A program made the position numbers and the translations under genes. From a virus (lineage: Duplodnaviria > Heunggongvirae > Uroviricota > Caudoviricetes): a DNA stretch of 51,577 nucleotides. The notes below the pieces were generated by a model. It saw only the letters and a program-made list of their open reading frames with translations. It was not told where the DNA came from and did not search any database. Shown one piece after another: positions 9,064-18,432 of this stretch (position 1 is the stretch's first letter; each line of letters starts with the position of its first letter). The stretch lies in IMG/VR virus record IMGVR_UViG_3300046692_000385; one strand, given 5' to 3'.

Positions 9064-12000
9064 TTACTTCATCGCTGATCGAAGCCCGTCGCGGAAGCTG
9101 CCGGGCGTTTGGGCGTTGGTGAGCACCACGTCGAGGATCATTTGCTTGCCATCGAAGCGCGGCTGACCCTGCTGCGCGCCCACCGACTGATTCGTCTGAT
9201 TGATGACGTTCACCGTCACCGAGGGAGCGGCGCCCGTGCTCGACTGACCGGAGCCCGAGCCGCCGTTGCCGCTGATCGTGACCGGGATGCTGCGACCGTC
9301 GGGCAGCGGCACGTAGGCTTCTGCCATCGAACCTTCGCCGTAGAGGGCGAGCTGCGGGCTGTCGGCCACGCCGCCGTTGGCGTATTTGCGAAGCTGTGCG
9401 ACGCCCTTGTTGGTCATGATCCCGCCATTGGCGAACGCGGCCGGCATCGTGAAGCCGTAGGTGTTTGCGCCCACGCCCGATGCGGCGGCCGAACCCGAGC
9501 CGCCCATGCCGAAGGCCGAGCCCATCGAGCCGAAAAGCCCGCCCAGACCGCTGCCGGTGCTGGAGCCGCTCATCGACGCGAGCGCTTGGGCCGCCACCAT
9601 CGCGGCGTTAGCAAGTGCGCCCATCGAGGTCGTAGCCGCCCCTTGCACGTTGCCGGCGGTGATCATCTCCGTGATCTGCTGCGTGGTGGCTTGCGTCGCC
9701 TGCTGCACGCCCTGCTGCGTGAATGCTTTCAGGCTCGTGGTTGCGGCATCGGTCGCTGCTACCTGGGCGGACGCACCGGCGCCGGCTGCGGCCGACGCAC
9801 CGAGCCCTGCCGCAGCGCTACCGGCGCCCGACGAGGCATTCGGGAAGACCAGTTGGTTGATCTTGCCCGTGAGCGCATCGAGACCCAGCTTCAGCGGCGT
9901 GGAGAAGGTCTCCTGCAGCTTGATCTTGAGCACGTCAAGCGCCATGCTTTCCGCGAGCTTGCCGAGGTGGAACTTGCCGGTCTGGACGAACTGCATGATC
10001 TCGTCGATCACGCTATTGGCCCACGAGGCTTCGGCCTGCTGCATCTGCTCGAAGGTGTCCTTCCAGGCGCGCACGAGCCCATCAAGCGGCGACTCAAGCA
10101 GGCGCGCGCGTTCAGCAGCGACCACCGCCAGGTGCTGGTTGAATTCCTGCTCAGCCTGGAGCTGAAGCGCCGTTGCCTTCTTGGTCAGGTCCGCGCGCTT
10201 GTCCGGGTCCGTCTCGGCTGCAATCTCGGCGTCGCTCGATGTCTTGAGCGCCTTCGAATTCAGGTTGTATTGGTCGAGGTCCTTCGAATTCTTCGCATCG
10301 AACTCGGCCGTCTTGCGCTGGCTGGTATACGGCAGCAGACCCATCATGGTCTTGTCGTCGCTCTCCTTGAAGCTGGAGGCGAAGTTCAGGAGGTCGGCGC
10401 CGGCGCGGTTTGCGAGCGCTTCGTTCTTGCGCTTGGTCCACTCTTCCCAGCCCTTGGTGCCCTTGCCGAGCCGTTCTTCGGCGCGCGCAAGTTCGCGCTC
10501 AAGCGCTCGCATCTCGCGAGTCTGCTTGGCCGCGCCGTTTTCGCTCGCGTTCTCTTGCGCCGCTTGCAGGTCGTTCTCGGTCGAGGCGAGGCGCTCGTTC
10601 ACGAAGACGAGGGCCTTCTTCTGCTCCTCGAGCTCCTTGTTCTTGGCGAGCTGCTCGACCGCATCCTTCACCTGCGCGTTGCCGGTGTTGAGCGAGCCGT
10701 CGGCGTTTTTCCACTGACGATTGCGCGGGTCGTGCGCCTTGTCGAAGTCGCCGCCCTTCCACTTCGCGGTGAATTCGGTCAGCGCGTCCGCACGCAGGGC
10801 GTCCATACCCTTCGGCTGGCGCGAGAGCAAGGCGCCCAGGTCCGAGCCAAGCACGTCGCCCTTCGCCTTCAACTGCTCCATGAACTTCGTGAAGGGGTCT
10901 TCGAACTCGCGTTTCTGGTGGCCGCCGGTCGTGATCGCGTTGGTGATCGCCGGATTGGCGTCTTCCAGGTCGATGCCGCCGTGCTTCTTCCCGGGCGCGG
11001 CCGGACGTTGCGGACCCACCTGATCCGCATTGCCCTTGACCGTGTAGCCGCCGTTAAAAAGGCGCTCGCGCTCGATGCGATCCGCCTCAGCCTTTGCCGA
11101 GACGGTAGCTTGTTGTGCTGCGCGCTGGTTCGGGCCGCCGTTCTCGTAGCCGTGAGCGCCCGTCGCCTGGCGTGAGACAAACTTCGTCGGCGCCGGTGCG
11201 TTAGGATCGGCCGGCTTGTCGTCGTCAAAGAGCTTCCACGACTTGATGTCCGCGAAAACGCCCTTCAGCTTTTTCCAGAACTCCGTGCTCTTGATGACGA
11301 GGCTGTCGAACCAGTGCGTGAACCAGTCGGAGACCTTGTGGCCGCCCACTTCCAGCCCGCCAATCAATTGCGTCAGATCCCAGGCGACCAGCAGCCACCC
11401 CACATACGGGATTGCGCGCATGAAGAGGCGCCCGGCCGTCGCGACAAACGCGCCGATGCTCGCAAGCCACGCCGTCATGCCAGCGCTTGCGGTGGTGGCG
11501 GCCGTAGCGGTAGCGGCCGCTGCTGCTCCTGCCTGGGTGCCGACCAGACCGAAGCTCGCGCTGACCGCCTTCAGGATGCCACCGACCGTGCCGGTGAGAC
11601 TCAGGAAGCCACGCAGCGCAAGCACCGCACCGGTTGCGGCGGTTGCGATGGTGGTCAGTTGCAGCCCGACCGGGTTGTCCGTGCCCCACTGCTTGAAGGC
11701 AATGAGAATGTCGCGCACATATTGCAGCACGCTCGCGAGCGCCGGCAGCACCGAGGAGCCCACTAGCACGGCGATGTCCGAGAGCGAGGCCTTCACCTGT
11801 TGCAGCGAGCCGTCGTAGGTCTTCTGGAGCTCGTCGTTGACCTGATTGACGCCCTTCGAGTTGTTGACGGTCTCGCGCTGCTCATTGATACGCTGCGCCG
11901 AGTGCGGGTCAGCGGCCTGAGCCATTGCGCCGGCGGCGGTCGTCTGGATGCCGAGGGCAGCGAGCAGTTTCGAGAAGGCGAGCAGTTGCGCGTGCTCGTC

Positions 12001-13821
12001 GTTGATGTCGGCGCCTTCGTAATACTTCGCCCGGTTCTGCTTCTTCTGGGTGAAGGAGAGCAGTTGGTCGTAGTGCTTCTGCAGCCAACCCACCGGGTCG
12101 CCCATCGCCAGATCGGTATCGATCAGGCCCGCGTGCTTCGCCTGGCGCTTGACGAGGCGCGGGTCGGCATTGGGGTCGATCGCGCCGGTGTTGAGCAGCC
12201 CCGAATCCAGGAAAATCTGCGTCGCCTGGTCAGTCAGTTGCTTGCCCTGCGCATACTGCTGGAACATCTTGAACGACGTGCCCACGCGCGAGACCCCGGC
12301 ACCGGACCCGCCCATGCCGCCGCCCATCGTCTTGCTCTGGTCGACGATCGACATCAGGTTGATGAGGCCGTCGTCGGTCAGGCGTGCCGCGCCCGAACTC
12401 ATCATCCGCAGCACGTTTTCCGCGTCCTGCATCGTGACCTTGCCACCGGTCGCGGTGCTGATCTTCTGCATCAGCTCCATCGTGCGCTTGGCACCCTGCG
12501 GGTCATAGACCTGCTGACGCGTTTCCACCACGCCGTAGAGGTTGCGGATCGTGTTTTGCGTGTCGCCGTGCGCGTAGCCGAGCGTGGCGAGGTTGTTCGC
12601 CGCCTTGACCGCTGTGTCGAGCGTGGCATCGATGATCATCTGGTTGTTGCTACCAACCGAGCCGATCGCAGCCAGGCGCGCCTTCACAGCGTCAAGCTGC
12701 GAGAGGAATTTGTTGGTGTTCGACAGATCGAAGGCCTTGTCGAAGAAGGCTTTGTCCTGACCTGCACCGAAGTTAAACGATCCTTCGGCCACCTGCAGGC
12801 GCTGCATCTCGGCCGCGTCGTTGACGCTCGCCTTGAGCCCCGCTTCGATCTTCATGCCCGCCCAGACGCCGGCCATCGCACGGAGCGACCCGGTAAGCGC
12901 ATCCGCTTGCCCGCGCACGTTCCCCATGCCGTTACCGGCCGCGCGGATCGCGCTGCTCTGGGAGTTGGTGGCGGTGGTGTTGGCAGTGGTCGCGCTCGTG
13001 AGCGAGTTGGTCGCCGTCGTATTCTTGTCGGTCGAGGCGGCGAGGTTGTTGTTCGCGCGCACGAGCTGCACCACGGTGCCCGCCAGCTTCGAGATGCCGG
13101 CTTCGAGCTTGGTGATGGCGTTCGCGAGTGCGGTGTTCGAGGTGTTGGCTTTTGCGCTCGCGTTGCCCGCAGCGGTCGTGCCTTGGGCGGCCTTGTTCGA
13201 GGCGCCCGCGAGTTGCTGGTTGGCGAGTGCCGCGCGCATGGCGGCGTTCGGTGCCGTGAGAAGTGCTGCGGCTGCCCGCTGTGAGGATGCGGCGACCGAG
13301 TTGTTGGCGCTGTTGACCTGACCGGCGGAGGTTGCGGCCGCCTGTCCGGCCTGCTGCAAGCCTTCACGCGCGCGCAGGAGCGCCGGGATCGACTTGTCGA
13401 AATTTTGTGCAAGCGTGCCGGCCGCGGCTGCCGCCTGATCGACGCTCTTGGCGACCGGAGCTGCCGCTTCGCCCACCGAGGCGATGTTCTTGCCCGCCTT
13501 CGCGGCAATGTCGGAGGCTTCCTTCAGGCCGCCGGCGAGCGACGACATCGAGCTTGCCACGGCTGCGACCGACTTCTGAACCGGACTGATCGAGGCGTCG
13601 GCGGCCTTAAAGCCCGAGGCGAACTCGCCGAGCTTCCCGGCGATGCTCTCCATCGTCTTCGCGGCGTTCGCGAGGGGCGTCTCCACCCCTTTCGCGGACT
13701 TGGCGAGATCCTGAAGCCCCTGGTCCAGAGCGTCAGACGTGCTCTTTGCCTGCTTGGTCTTCAGAGTGAAGCCATTGTCGTCCAGTGTCAGGACAACCTT
13801 GATCTCGCCACCAATTGCCAT
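9064..13821 (-). CDS. Tape measure protein (1585 aa)
   Basis: Long Ala-rich helical ORF after chaperones; N-terminal IKVVLTLDD; C-terminal FANGG...GEGSMAEAYVPLPDGRSIPV. Confidence 0.92.
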   Translation of the reverse strand: MAIGGEIKVVLTLDDNGFTLKTKQAKSTSDALDQGLQDLAKSAKGVETPLANAAKTMESIAGKLGEFASGFKAADASISPVQKSVAAVASSMSSLAGGLKEASDIAAKAGKNIASVGEAAAPVAKSVDQAAAAAGTLAQNFDKSIPALLRAREGLQQAGQAAATSAGQVNSANNSVAASSQRAAAALLTAPNAAMRAALANQQLAGASNKAAQGTTAAGNASAKANTSNTALANAITKLEAGISKLAGTVVQLVRANNNLAASTDKNTTATNSLTSATTANTTATNSQSSAIRAAGNGMGNVRGQADALTGSLRAMAGVWAGMKIEAGLKASVNDAAEMQRLQVAEGSFNFGAGQDKAFFDKAFDLSNTNKFLSQLDAVKARLAAIGSVGSNNQMIIDATLDTAVKAANNLATLGYAHGDTQNTIRNLYGVVETRQQVYDPQGAKRTMELMQKISTATGGKVTMQDAENVLRMMSSGAARLTDDGLINLMSIVDQSKTMGGGMGGSGAGVSRVGTSFKMFQQYAQGKQLTDQATQIFLDSGLLNTGAIDPNADPRLVKRQAKHAGLIDTDLAMGDPVGWLQKHYDQLLSFTQKKQNRAKYYEGADINDEHAQLLAFSKLLAALGIQTTAAGAMAQAADPHSAQRINEQRETVNNSKGVNQVNDELQKTYDGSLQQVKASLSDIAVLVGSSVLPALASVLQYVRDILIAFKQWGTDNPVGLQLTTIATAATGAVLALRGFLSLTGTVGGILKAVSASFGLVGTQAGAAAAATATAATTASAGMTAWLASIGAFVATAGRLFMRAIPYVGWLLVAWDLTQLIGGLEVGGHKVSDWFTHWFDSLVIKSTEFWKKLKGVFADIKSWKLFDDDKPADPNAPAPTKFVSRQATGAHGYENGGPNQRAAQQATVSAKAEADRIERERLFNGGYTVKGNADQVGPQRPAAPGKKHGGIDLEDANPAITNAITTGGHQKREFEDPFTKFMEQLKAKGDVLGSDLGALLSRQPKGMDALRADALTEFTAKWKGGDFDKAHDPRNRQWKNADGSLNTGNAQVKDAVEQLAKNKELEEQKKALVFVNERLASTENDLQAAQENASENGAAKQTREMRALERELARAEERLGKGTKGWEEWTKRKNEALANRAGADLLNFASSFKESDDKTMMGLLPYTSQRKTAEFDAKNSKDLDQYNLNSKALKTSSDAEIAAETDPDKRADLTKKATALQLQAEQEFNQHLAVVAAERARLLESPLDGLVRAWKDTFEQMQQAEASWANSVIDEIMQFVQTGKFHLGKLAESMALDVLKIKLQETFSTPLKLGLDALTGKINQLVFPNASSGAGSAAAGLGASAAAGAGASAQVAATDAATTSLKAFTQQGVQQATQATTQQITEMITAGNVQGAATTSMGALANAAMVAAQALASMSGSSTGSGLGGLFGSMGSAFGMGGSGSAAASGVGANTYGFTMPAAFANGGIMTNKGVAQLRKYANGGVADSPQLALYGEGSMAEAYVPLPDGRSIPVTISGNGGSGSGQSSTGAAPSVTVNVINQTNQSVGAQQGQPRFDGKQMILDVVLTNAQTPGSFRDGLRSAMK

Positions 13822-14528
13822 TTAAACCCTCGACCCTATCGTTTGTGTAGCCATCAATCCCAGTGCTGCGAAGCCCTCCTCGTCTCGCTGAGCGCTTTCC
13901 TGGACGGCTGCGGCCGAACTCATCTTGGCAATGTGGCCGACTTCGACAATGAGGCGCTGTCGGTAGTCAGAAGCCGCTTCCCCGCTTTGTGCGACAGACG
14001 AGACCGTGAGGGCGCGCATGTCTTTCTGGGCGGAGATCCGATCGACGCATTCGTGGAATAACCAGAAGCGCCGCATCGTCATGCCAAGGAGCTTGTCGTC
14101 GTCGTATCCGTAGAAGTGCGCGACCCGGCAAAAGAGGAACCCGAAGTCGAGCTCCTCCAGTGCCGGCTTGCTCAGTTTCCCGAGGGTTGCTCCGCGACTT
14201 GCGCCGCTTGTTGCTGTTCAATTGCCTGTTCGACCTTCTCGTCGTCCTCGCCCTTGATGAAGGCCGTGACGCGGTTGAGCGTCTCGACCGAGCAGCCCAT
14301 CAGGAGCTCCTTCGGTGCGCCCTTGATCGAGCGGCAGATCATGTCGACGGCTGCCTCGACGTGATCGGCGACGGTGGCGTCCTTCTTCGCGACGAGCTTC
14401 TGGGCGATGCGCGAGCTTTCGATGAAGTTGGCGACGGTCATCGCGGGAACCTTGTAGGTCTTCCCGCCGAGAACCAGTTCGCGTTGTTCCTGTTCGCCGA
14501 TGGCGTCCAGATTCAGAATCTTGGTCAT
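13822..14528 (-). CDS. Tail assembly chaperone G-T fusion made by -1 frameshift
   Basis: G GGA AAC before the G stop; the -1 frame reads GKLSKPALEELDFGFLFCRVAHFYG... into ORF 13822-14082 without a stop. Confidence 0.75.
14172..14528 (-). CDS. Tail assembly chaperone G (118 aa)
   Basis: Between tail tube and tape measure; RBS AGGAG. Confidence 0.82.
   Translation of the reverse strand: MTKILNLDAIGEQEQRELVLGGKTYKVPAMTVANFIESSRIAQKLVAKKDATVADHVEAAVDMICRSIKGAPKELLMGCSVETLNRVTAFIKGEDDEKVEQAIEQQQAAQVAEQPSGN
14175..14181 (-). other. Slippery heptamer GGGAAAC
   Basis: X XXY YYZ in the last two codons of chaperone G. Confidence 0.75.
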
Positions 14529-14581
14529 TGCAGTGCTCCTGTAGACAGCCCCGCTACTGAGAGCGGGGCTTGGTTTCGTGC

Positions 14582-14601
14582 AACAGTCAGATTTGACTGT
14601 T
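14582..14601. promoter_or_regulatory. Operator between tail tube and chaperone genes
   Basis: AACAGTCAGATTTGACTGTT; followed on the minus strand by TTGCAC and hairpin 14547-14570. Confidence 0.75.
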
Positions 14602-14608
14602 TATGCGT

Positions 14609-15127
14609 TTACGGCGCGACCGGGGCGGCGCCGACCTTGAACAGCTTCTTGGTGACCGGATCGGGGTAGCCCGTGAAGTCCACCGAGAAGATGCGTTCCT
14701 TCTCGACTTCGTAGGCGAAGTCCAACGCGCCTGCCGTTGCTGCCAGCGGGATCACGAAGTCTTCCGAGTAGTCGGTGGGCGCCTTCGCGATCGGGTGCAG
14801 ACGCAGCTCCTTCGCGATCGACAGCAAGTCGATGCCAATGCCCGAGTCCACTTCGACGCTCTGGTTCGCACCCGTGCCGACGAGCGTTGCGCCCGGCATG
14901 ATCTGCACCAGGTTTTCGATCGTCGTTTCAGCGAGCGGCACCTTCGCCGACACGTCACGCGACATGATCAGTTCGTTGACGGTCGTCTTGCCGAACTGGT
15001 CGATGTTCACTTTGTGGGTGTCGGTCTTCACCGTCACTTGCACGCCGCCCTGGGTGTAGCCGAGGTCCACGCCGTCGAAAAAGACGGTGCAGACGCCCAA
15101 CTTCACGTTCTTTGTATCGCTTGCCAT
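14609..15127 (-). CDS. Major tail tube protein (172 aa)
   Basis: NVKLGVCTVFFDGVDLGYTQGGV N-terminus; position; RBS AAGGAG. Confidence 0.85.
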   Translation of the reverse strand: MASDTKNVKLGVCTVFFDGVDLGYTQGGVQVTVKTDTHKVNIDQFGKTTVNELIMSRDVSAKVPLAETTIENLVQIMPGATLVGTGANQSVEVDSGIGIDLLSIAKELRLHPIAKAPTDYSEDFVIPLAATAGALDFAYEVEKERIFSVDFTGYPDPVTKKLFKVGAAPVAP

Positions 15128-15153
15128 TCAAACTCCTTTGCAAAGAGGTTTTA

Positions 15154-15187
15154 ACAGTCAGTTCTGACTGTCGCCGAATATACCACA
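15154..15187 (-). promoter_or_regulatory. Extended -10 promoter plus operator for tail tube gene
   Basis: TGTGG-TATATT, then 5 nt, then ACAGTCAGAACTGACTGT. Confidence 0.72.
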
Positions 15188-15201
15188 GGAGAACCCCGGA
15201 G

Positions 15202-15675
15202 TCACGCGATTGCGACCCGCACAGCGGCCGCTACGGCCGCCAGGAGCTCCTTCTCTGTGTCGTTGGAGGCGCGCGTGAGGTAGCCGCCTCCGACGACGTT
15301 GCGACCGCCGTCCTTCTGCTCGGATAGCGGGCCGCGCTTCATGGGGCCACCTGCTGGCTCCATGTGTTCATGCACTTCGTAGGCGTAATCAGCGACGGTC
15401 TTGCCGGGGCGCTCCGGCACCGGCATCTCGCCATCGACATAGATCTCGACGCTCTTTCGCGCGAACTGGCCGCCGGCGGTGCGCCCGCCTCCGGTGTCAC
15501 GCACCTTGATCGCCTTTTCCAGATTGCCGTGATCGAGCGGCGCATACTCGCGCGCCTTCTCAGCCACCTTCTCGGCTTCCGCTCGCATCGCGACGATCGC
15601 GCCCTTCACCGCCCGCTCACCCACCTGCTCGATCAGCAGCGACAGGTTTTCCAGACCAATGACTTCGACCGGCAT
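15202..15675 (-). CDS. HK97 gp10-like tail completion protein
   Basis: AREYAPLDHGNLEKAI motif; YAYEVHE; position. Confidence 0.72.
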   Translation of the reverse strand: MPVEVIGLENLSLLIEQVGERAVKGAIVAMRAEAEKVAEKAREYAPLDHGNLEKAIKVRDTGGGRTAGGQFARKSVEIYVDGEMPVPERPGKTVADYAYEVHEHMEPAGGPMKRGPLSEQKDGGRNVVGGGYLTRASNDTEKELLAAVAAAVRVAIA

Positions 15676-16061
15676 CAGCTTTCCTCCACGAAGCAGACTT
15701 CGAAATAGGCGTTGAATTCGATCAGGTTGCCCGTCGAGAGCGGGAACGCGACCGGCAGTGTCTCCGGCCGGCAGAAGTTGAAGGTCATGGTGTCGAGCAC
15801 GGTCCCGGCGGGGAGCGTCAGGGCGTCGACCGCCTGCTTCATGAGCTTTTCAGCCGCCTGGTAGTTCGGCCCGCGTGCGATCACCTGGATGCGCGTCTTG
15901 AAGTAGCCCGGCAGTTGGTGGTTGATGCGCGTGCCGGCGAGCTCATTCCTCACCATCACGGCCGAGGTCGCGGCCGCGGGCATCATGTAGGCGAAGATCG
16001 TCTTGCCCTGCGCGCCCACGCCCTGGTCTTCAAGGCGCTGCGTGAGCGGAAGGATGTTCAT
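15675..16061 (-). CDS. Tail terminator protein
   Basis: 128 aa; IQVIARG..YQAAE pattern; position. Confidence 0.7.
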   Translation of the reverse strand: MNILPLTQRLEDQGVGAQGKTIFAYMMPAAATSAVMVRNELAGTRINHQLPGYFKTRIQVIARGPNYQAAEKLMKQAVDALTLPAGTVLDTMTFNFCRPETLPVAFPLSTGNLIEFNAYFEVCFVEES

Positions 16062-16408
16062 TGCTCGCTCCAGTGGACGACCATCACCTCGTGGTGATCC
16101 AGGCGCCCGTTGAGGTCAAACTGCTGCGTGATGGCAACCAGGCGCACGCGCTGGCCGGCGACCGTTGCCACGTCGTCGATGCCGGCGGCGGTCGTGGGTG
16201 ACAGCAACAGCGTGCCGTCGGCTTCGATTTCGGTCGCGTTGCCGCGGGTGGCCGACGAGTCGGCGCGAATCGAGGTCTTCGCCGAGCGGCGCGTAAGCGA
16301 CACCACGCTGCAGCGCTCCTGCACCACGCGCGCCGCCGTCGGCTGCCCGAATACATCGGTCTCGCCCGAGGCCACTTCGATCGTGATGAGAAGGGTTGGA
16401 TTAAACAT
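16058..16408 (-). CDS. Head closure protein
   Basis: GETDVFGQP N-terminus, beta-rich, position. Confidence 0.68.
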   Translation of the reverse strand: MFNPTLLITIEVASGETDVFGQPTAARVVQERCSVVSLTRRSAKTSIRADSSATRGNATEIEADGTLLLSPTTAAGIDDVATVAGQRVRLVAITQQFDLNGRLDHHEVMVVHWSEQ

Positions 16409-17036
16409 GGACGACGAACGCCTCCGCGTGGGTGTTGGGATGAAAGATGCGGGCGCGCTCGGCCTCGAACTCGCGGACCTTGACCTTGCGCGCGAGCCCG
16501 TCGGGCGTCTTCACGAAGATCCAGGGCGAGCCCAGGCGCTCGGCTTCCTGCACCACCACGTCAACCGCCGACTGCACGGCGAACTGGCGGATCAGGGTTT
16601 TCACGAGCGTCTGGGCATTAAAGCGCCGCCCGAGCGAGTCGCTCGCCTTGAAGTCGATGCCGCCGACCTTCTGCTGCACGAGCTGGCCCATGCCGCCCGA
16701 GGCGCCCTTGAGCATTGATGCGATGCCGGTCTGCCCTGCTGCGATCTGACGGGTGAGCGTCTTGATGTTCTGCGCGAGCGTGACCTTGAGCGCGTCGAGC
16801 GCGTAACCGACCCGGGACGCGTCCGAACCGACTTCGCTCGCGTAGCTGAGCATGTCATGCTCGGCACGCTGCACGAACGCGTTTGCAAGTCGGTGCGCCT
16901 CGCGCGTGAGGTTACTGATGCTCGCGGGTGTGACGGCCGCACCCGGTGCGACTTGCGCCAGGTAGAGACCTCGAAGCGCAAAGAGCAGCGCCTCGTAGTC
17001 CGCCGTCACCCGGTTGGTGAGGTCGTCGTAGATCAT
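16401..17036 (-). CDS. Hypothetical head-completion region protein
   Basis: Start reassigned to MIYDDL at 17036 (ATGA overlap with upstream stop). Confidence 0.6.
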   Translation of the reverse strand: MIYDDLTNRVTADYEALLFALRGLYLAQVAPGAAVTPASISNLTREAHRLANAFVQRAEHDMLSYASEVGSDASRVGYALDALKVTLAQNIKTLTRQIAAGQTGIASMLKGASGGMGQLVQQKVGGIDFKASDSLGRRFNAQTLVKTLIRQFAVQSAVDVVVQEAERLGSPWIFVKTPDGLARKVKVREFEAERARIFHPNTHAEAFVVHV

Positions 17037-17893
17037 GTGCGGGCGAGCTTCTTGGAGGTCGACACGAAGTAGGAGACATACGACATCGCGCGCTTGCAGC
17101 ACGGCATCTCCAGCGGTTTCGTCGAGCGAAACGCCTGGCGGGTCTGCCCTACTTCGTCCATCGTGATGCCGGCCGCGCGTTTACTCGTGAGCGGGTCGCC
17201 GGTCAGGATGAAATCGGCCTCTGCGACCTGGGCCTTGCGAAGCGCGCCTTTGAAGCGCTCCGGCAGCGCGTTGAATTGCTCCGCGTTGAGCAGCTCCAAG
17301 TTGCCGTCGAACATGAACAGACCGTTAGTTGCAACATACTTGGACTGATACACGCCCTCGGGCACGAAGTTCAGGCTGTCCTGGCCGAAGTTGATGTTCG
17401 AGTTCAGCAGGTAGTAGCTGAGCTTCACCAGGTGCCAGCGCGCCTCGATCATCGCCGCGTAGCGCTCCTCGTCGGAGGCGGCATCCCACCCCGGCGTGCC
17501 CGGAATGTCGGCTGCCGCGAGTTGCGCCTGTGCGTAGGTCTGGAAGCTGTTGACGCCCGGCACGAGGACTGCGATCGGTTCCAGCCCGTAGGCGTAGGTG
17601 ATCGCGACCTGGTTGCCGTTCGTCAGCGTCAGAAAGAGCTCCACCACCCGGGCGCCGCGCGTCGGGATGGTGTGCTCGTCGGAGGTAGCACCGAGCGTGT
17701 TCAGACTCGCAGGAACGTCGACCACGGCTTCGGCCGCATGCGCGACAAAGCTTGCGAGGGCGGCGCGCGGGGCGAGCTCCTCATCGGTCTGATCCAGCAC
17801 CCGGTAGTCGATTGCCGTCACGTCGAGCGCCTGGCCGCGAACCACGAGCGGGATCACGCATTCAACGTCGGTTCCTGTGAGAAAGAAGTCCAT
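17033..17893 (-). CDS. Putative head-tail adaptor
   Basis: GVNSFQTYAQA and ALRKAQVAEADFIL segments typical of adaptors; position. Confidence 0.62.
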   Translation of the reverse strand: MDFFLTGTDVECVIPLVVRGQALDVTAIDYRVLDQTDEELAPRAALASFVAHAAEAVVDVPASLNTLGATSDEHTIPTRGARVVELFLTLTNGNQVAITYAYGLEPIAVLVPGVNSFQTYAQAQLAAADIPGTPGWDAASDEERYAAMIEARWHLVKLSYYLLNSNINFGQDSLNFVPEGVYQSKYVATNGLFMFDGNLELLNAEQFNALPERFKGALRKAQVAEADFILTGDPLTSKRAAGITMDEVGQTRQAFRSTKPLEMPCCKRAMSYVSYFVSTSKKLART

Positions 17894-17897
17894 GTGC

Positions 17898-18338
17898 TTA
17901 CTCGCCCGCCTCTTCGAACTTGCCGCCCGTTGCCTTCACGAGTGCGTCGATCAGGCCGCGAATCGAGTTGCCCTTGATGCCCATCGGCTCGGCGAGGTCG
18001 CGCAAGCCCTGAATCCCTTCCTTGTCGGCGATGGCGGCGAGCGTCGCCTCGTCATAGACCGTCTTCGTCGGGTCGATGACCGGGGCCGGAGCCGGGGCGG
18101 CCTCTTCTGCGACCTGGACGGTGGCCGACACCGAGACGGCTTCGCGGTGCATCTGGTCGAACAGGAACTGCGAGACGCTCGGGTTGGTGCCGTCCTCGTA
18201 TTCGCAGCGATAGACCGCGGCGATGCGGGTTGCGTCCTTGTGGGAGACGTCAGCGGTCGAGAGGCCGTCGACGAAAAAGACAGCGCCCATTTGCGCCGTG
18301 TAGTGCTGCATGCCGGGGTCGAGCAATCGGAGTTTCAT
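17898..18338 (-). CDS. Hypothetical protein with small C-terminal helical (HeH/LEM-like) domain
   Basis: Start reassigned to MKLRLLD at 18338 behind AAGGAA; GIQGLRDLAEPMGIKGNSIRGLIDAL. Confidence 0.6.
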   Translation of the reverse strand: MKLRLLDPGMQHYTAQMGAVFFVDGLSTADVSHKDATRIAAVYRCEYEDGTNPSVSQFLFDQMHREAVSVSATVQVAEEAAPAPAPVIDPTKTVYDEATLAAIADKEGIQGLRDLAEPMGIKGNSIRGLIDALVKATGGKFEEAGE

Positions 18339-18355
18339 TTCGCTTCCTTGATGTG

Positions 18356-18381
18356 AAAAAGGGCAGGCACATGGCCCGCCC
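18356..18381 (-). terminator. Intrinsic terminator after capsid gene
   Basis: GGGCGGGC-CATGT-GCCTGCCC-TTTTT. Confidence 0.75.
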
Positions 18382-18396
18382 TTCATCTTGGCATAG

Positions 18397-18427
18397 CTGA
18401 CTGGCTTTCGCCAGTCAGTTCTGACTG
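18397..18427. promoter_or_regulatory. Operator overlapped by a 9-bp hairpin just after the capsid stop
   Basis: CTGACTGGC-TTTC-GCCAGTCAG sharing its right arm with CAGTCAGTTCTGACTG. Confidence 0.65.
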
Positions 18428-18432
18428 TTGCT

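Noticed and set aside
14547-14570. Hairpin as terminator after tail tube gene
   Set aside because: No U tract on the coding strand; may only stabilise RNA
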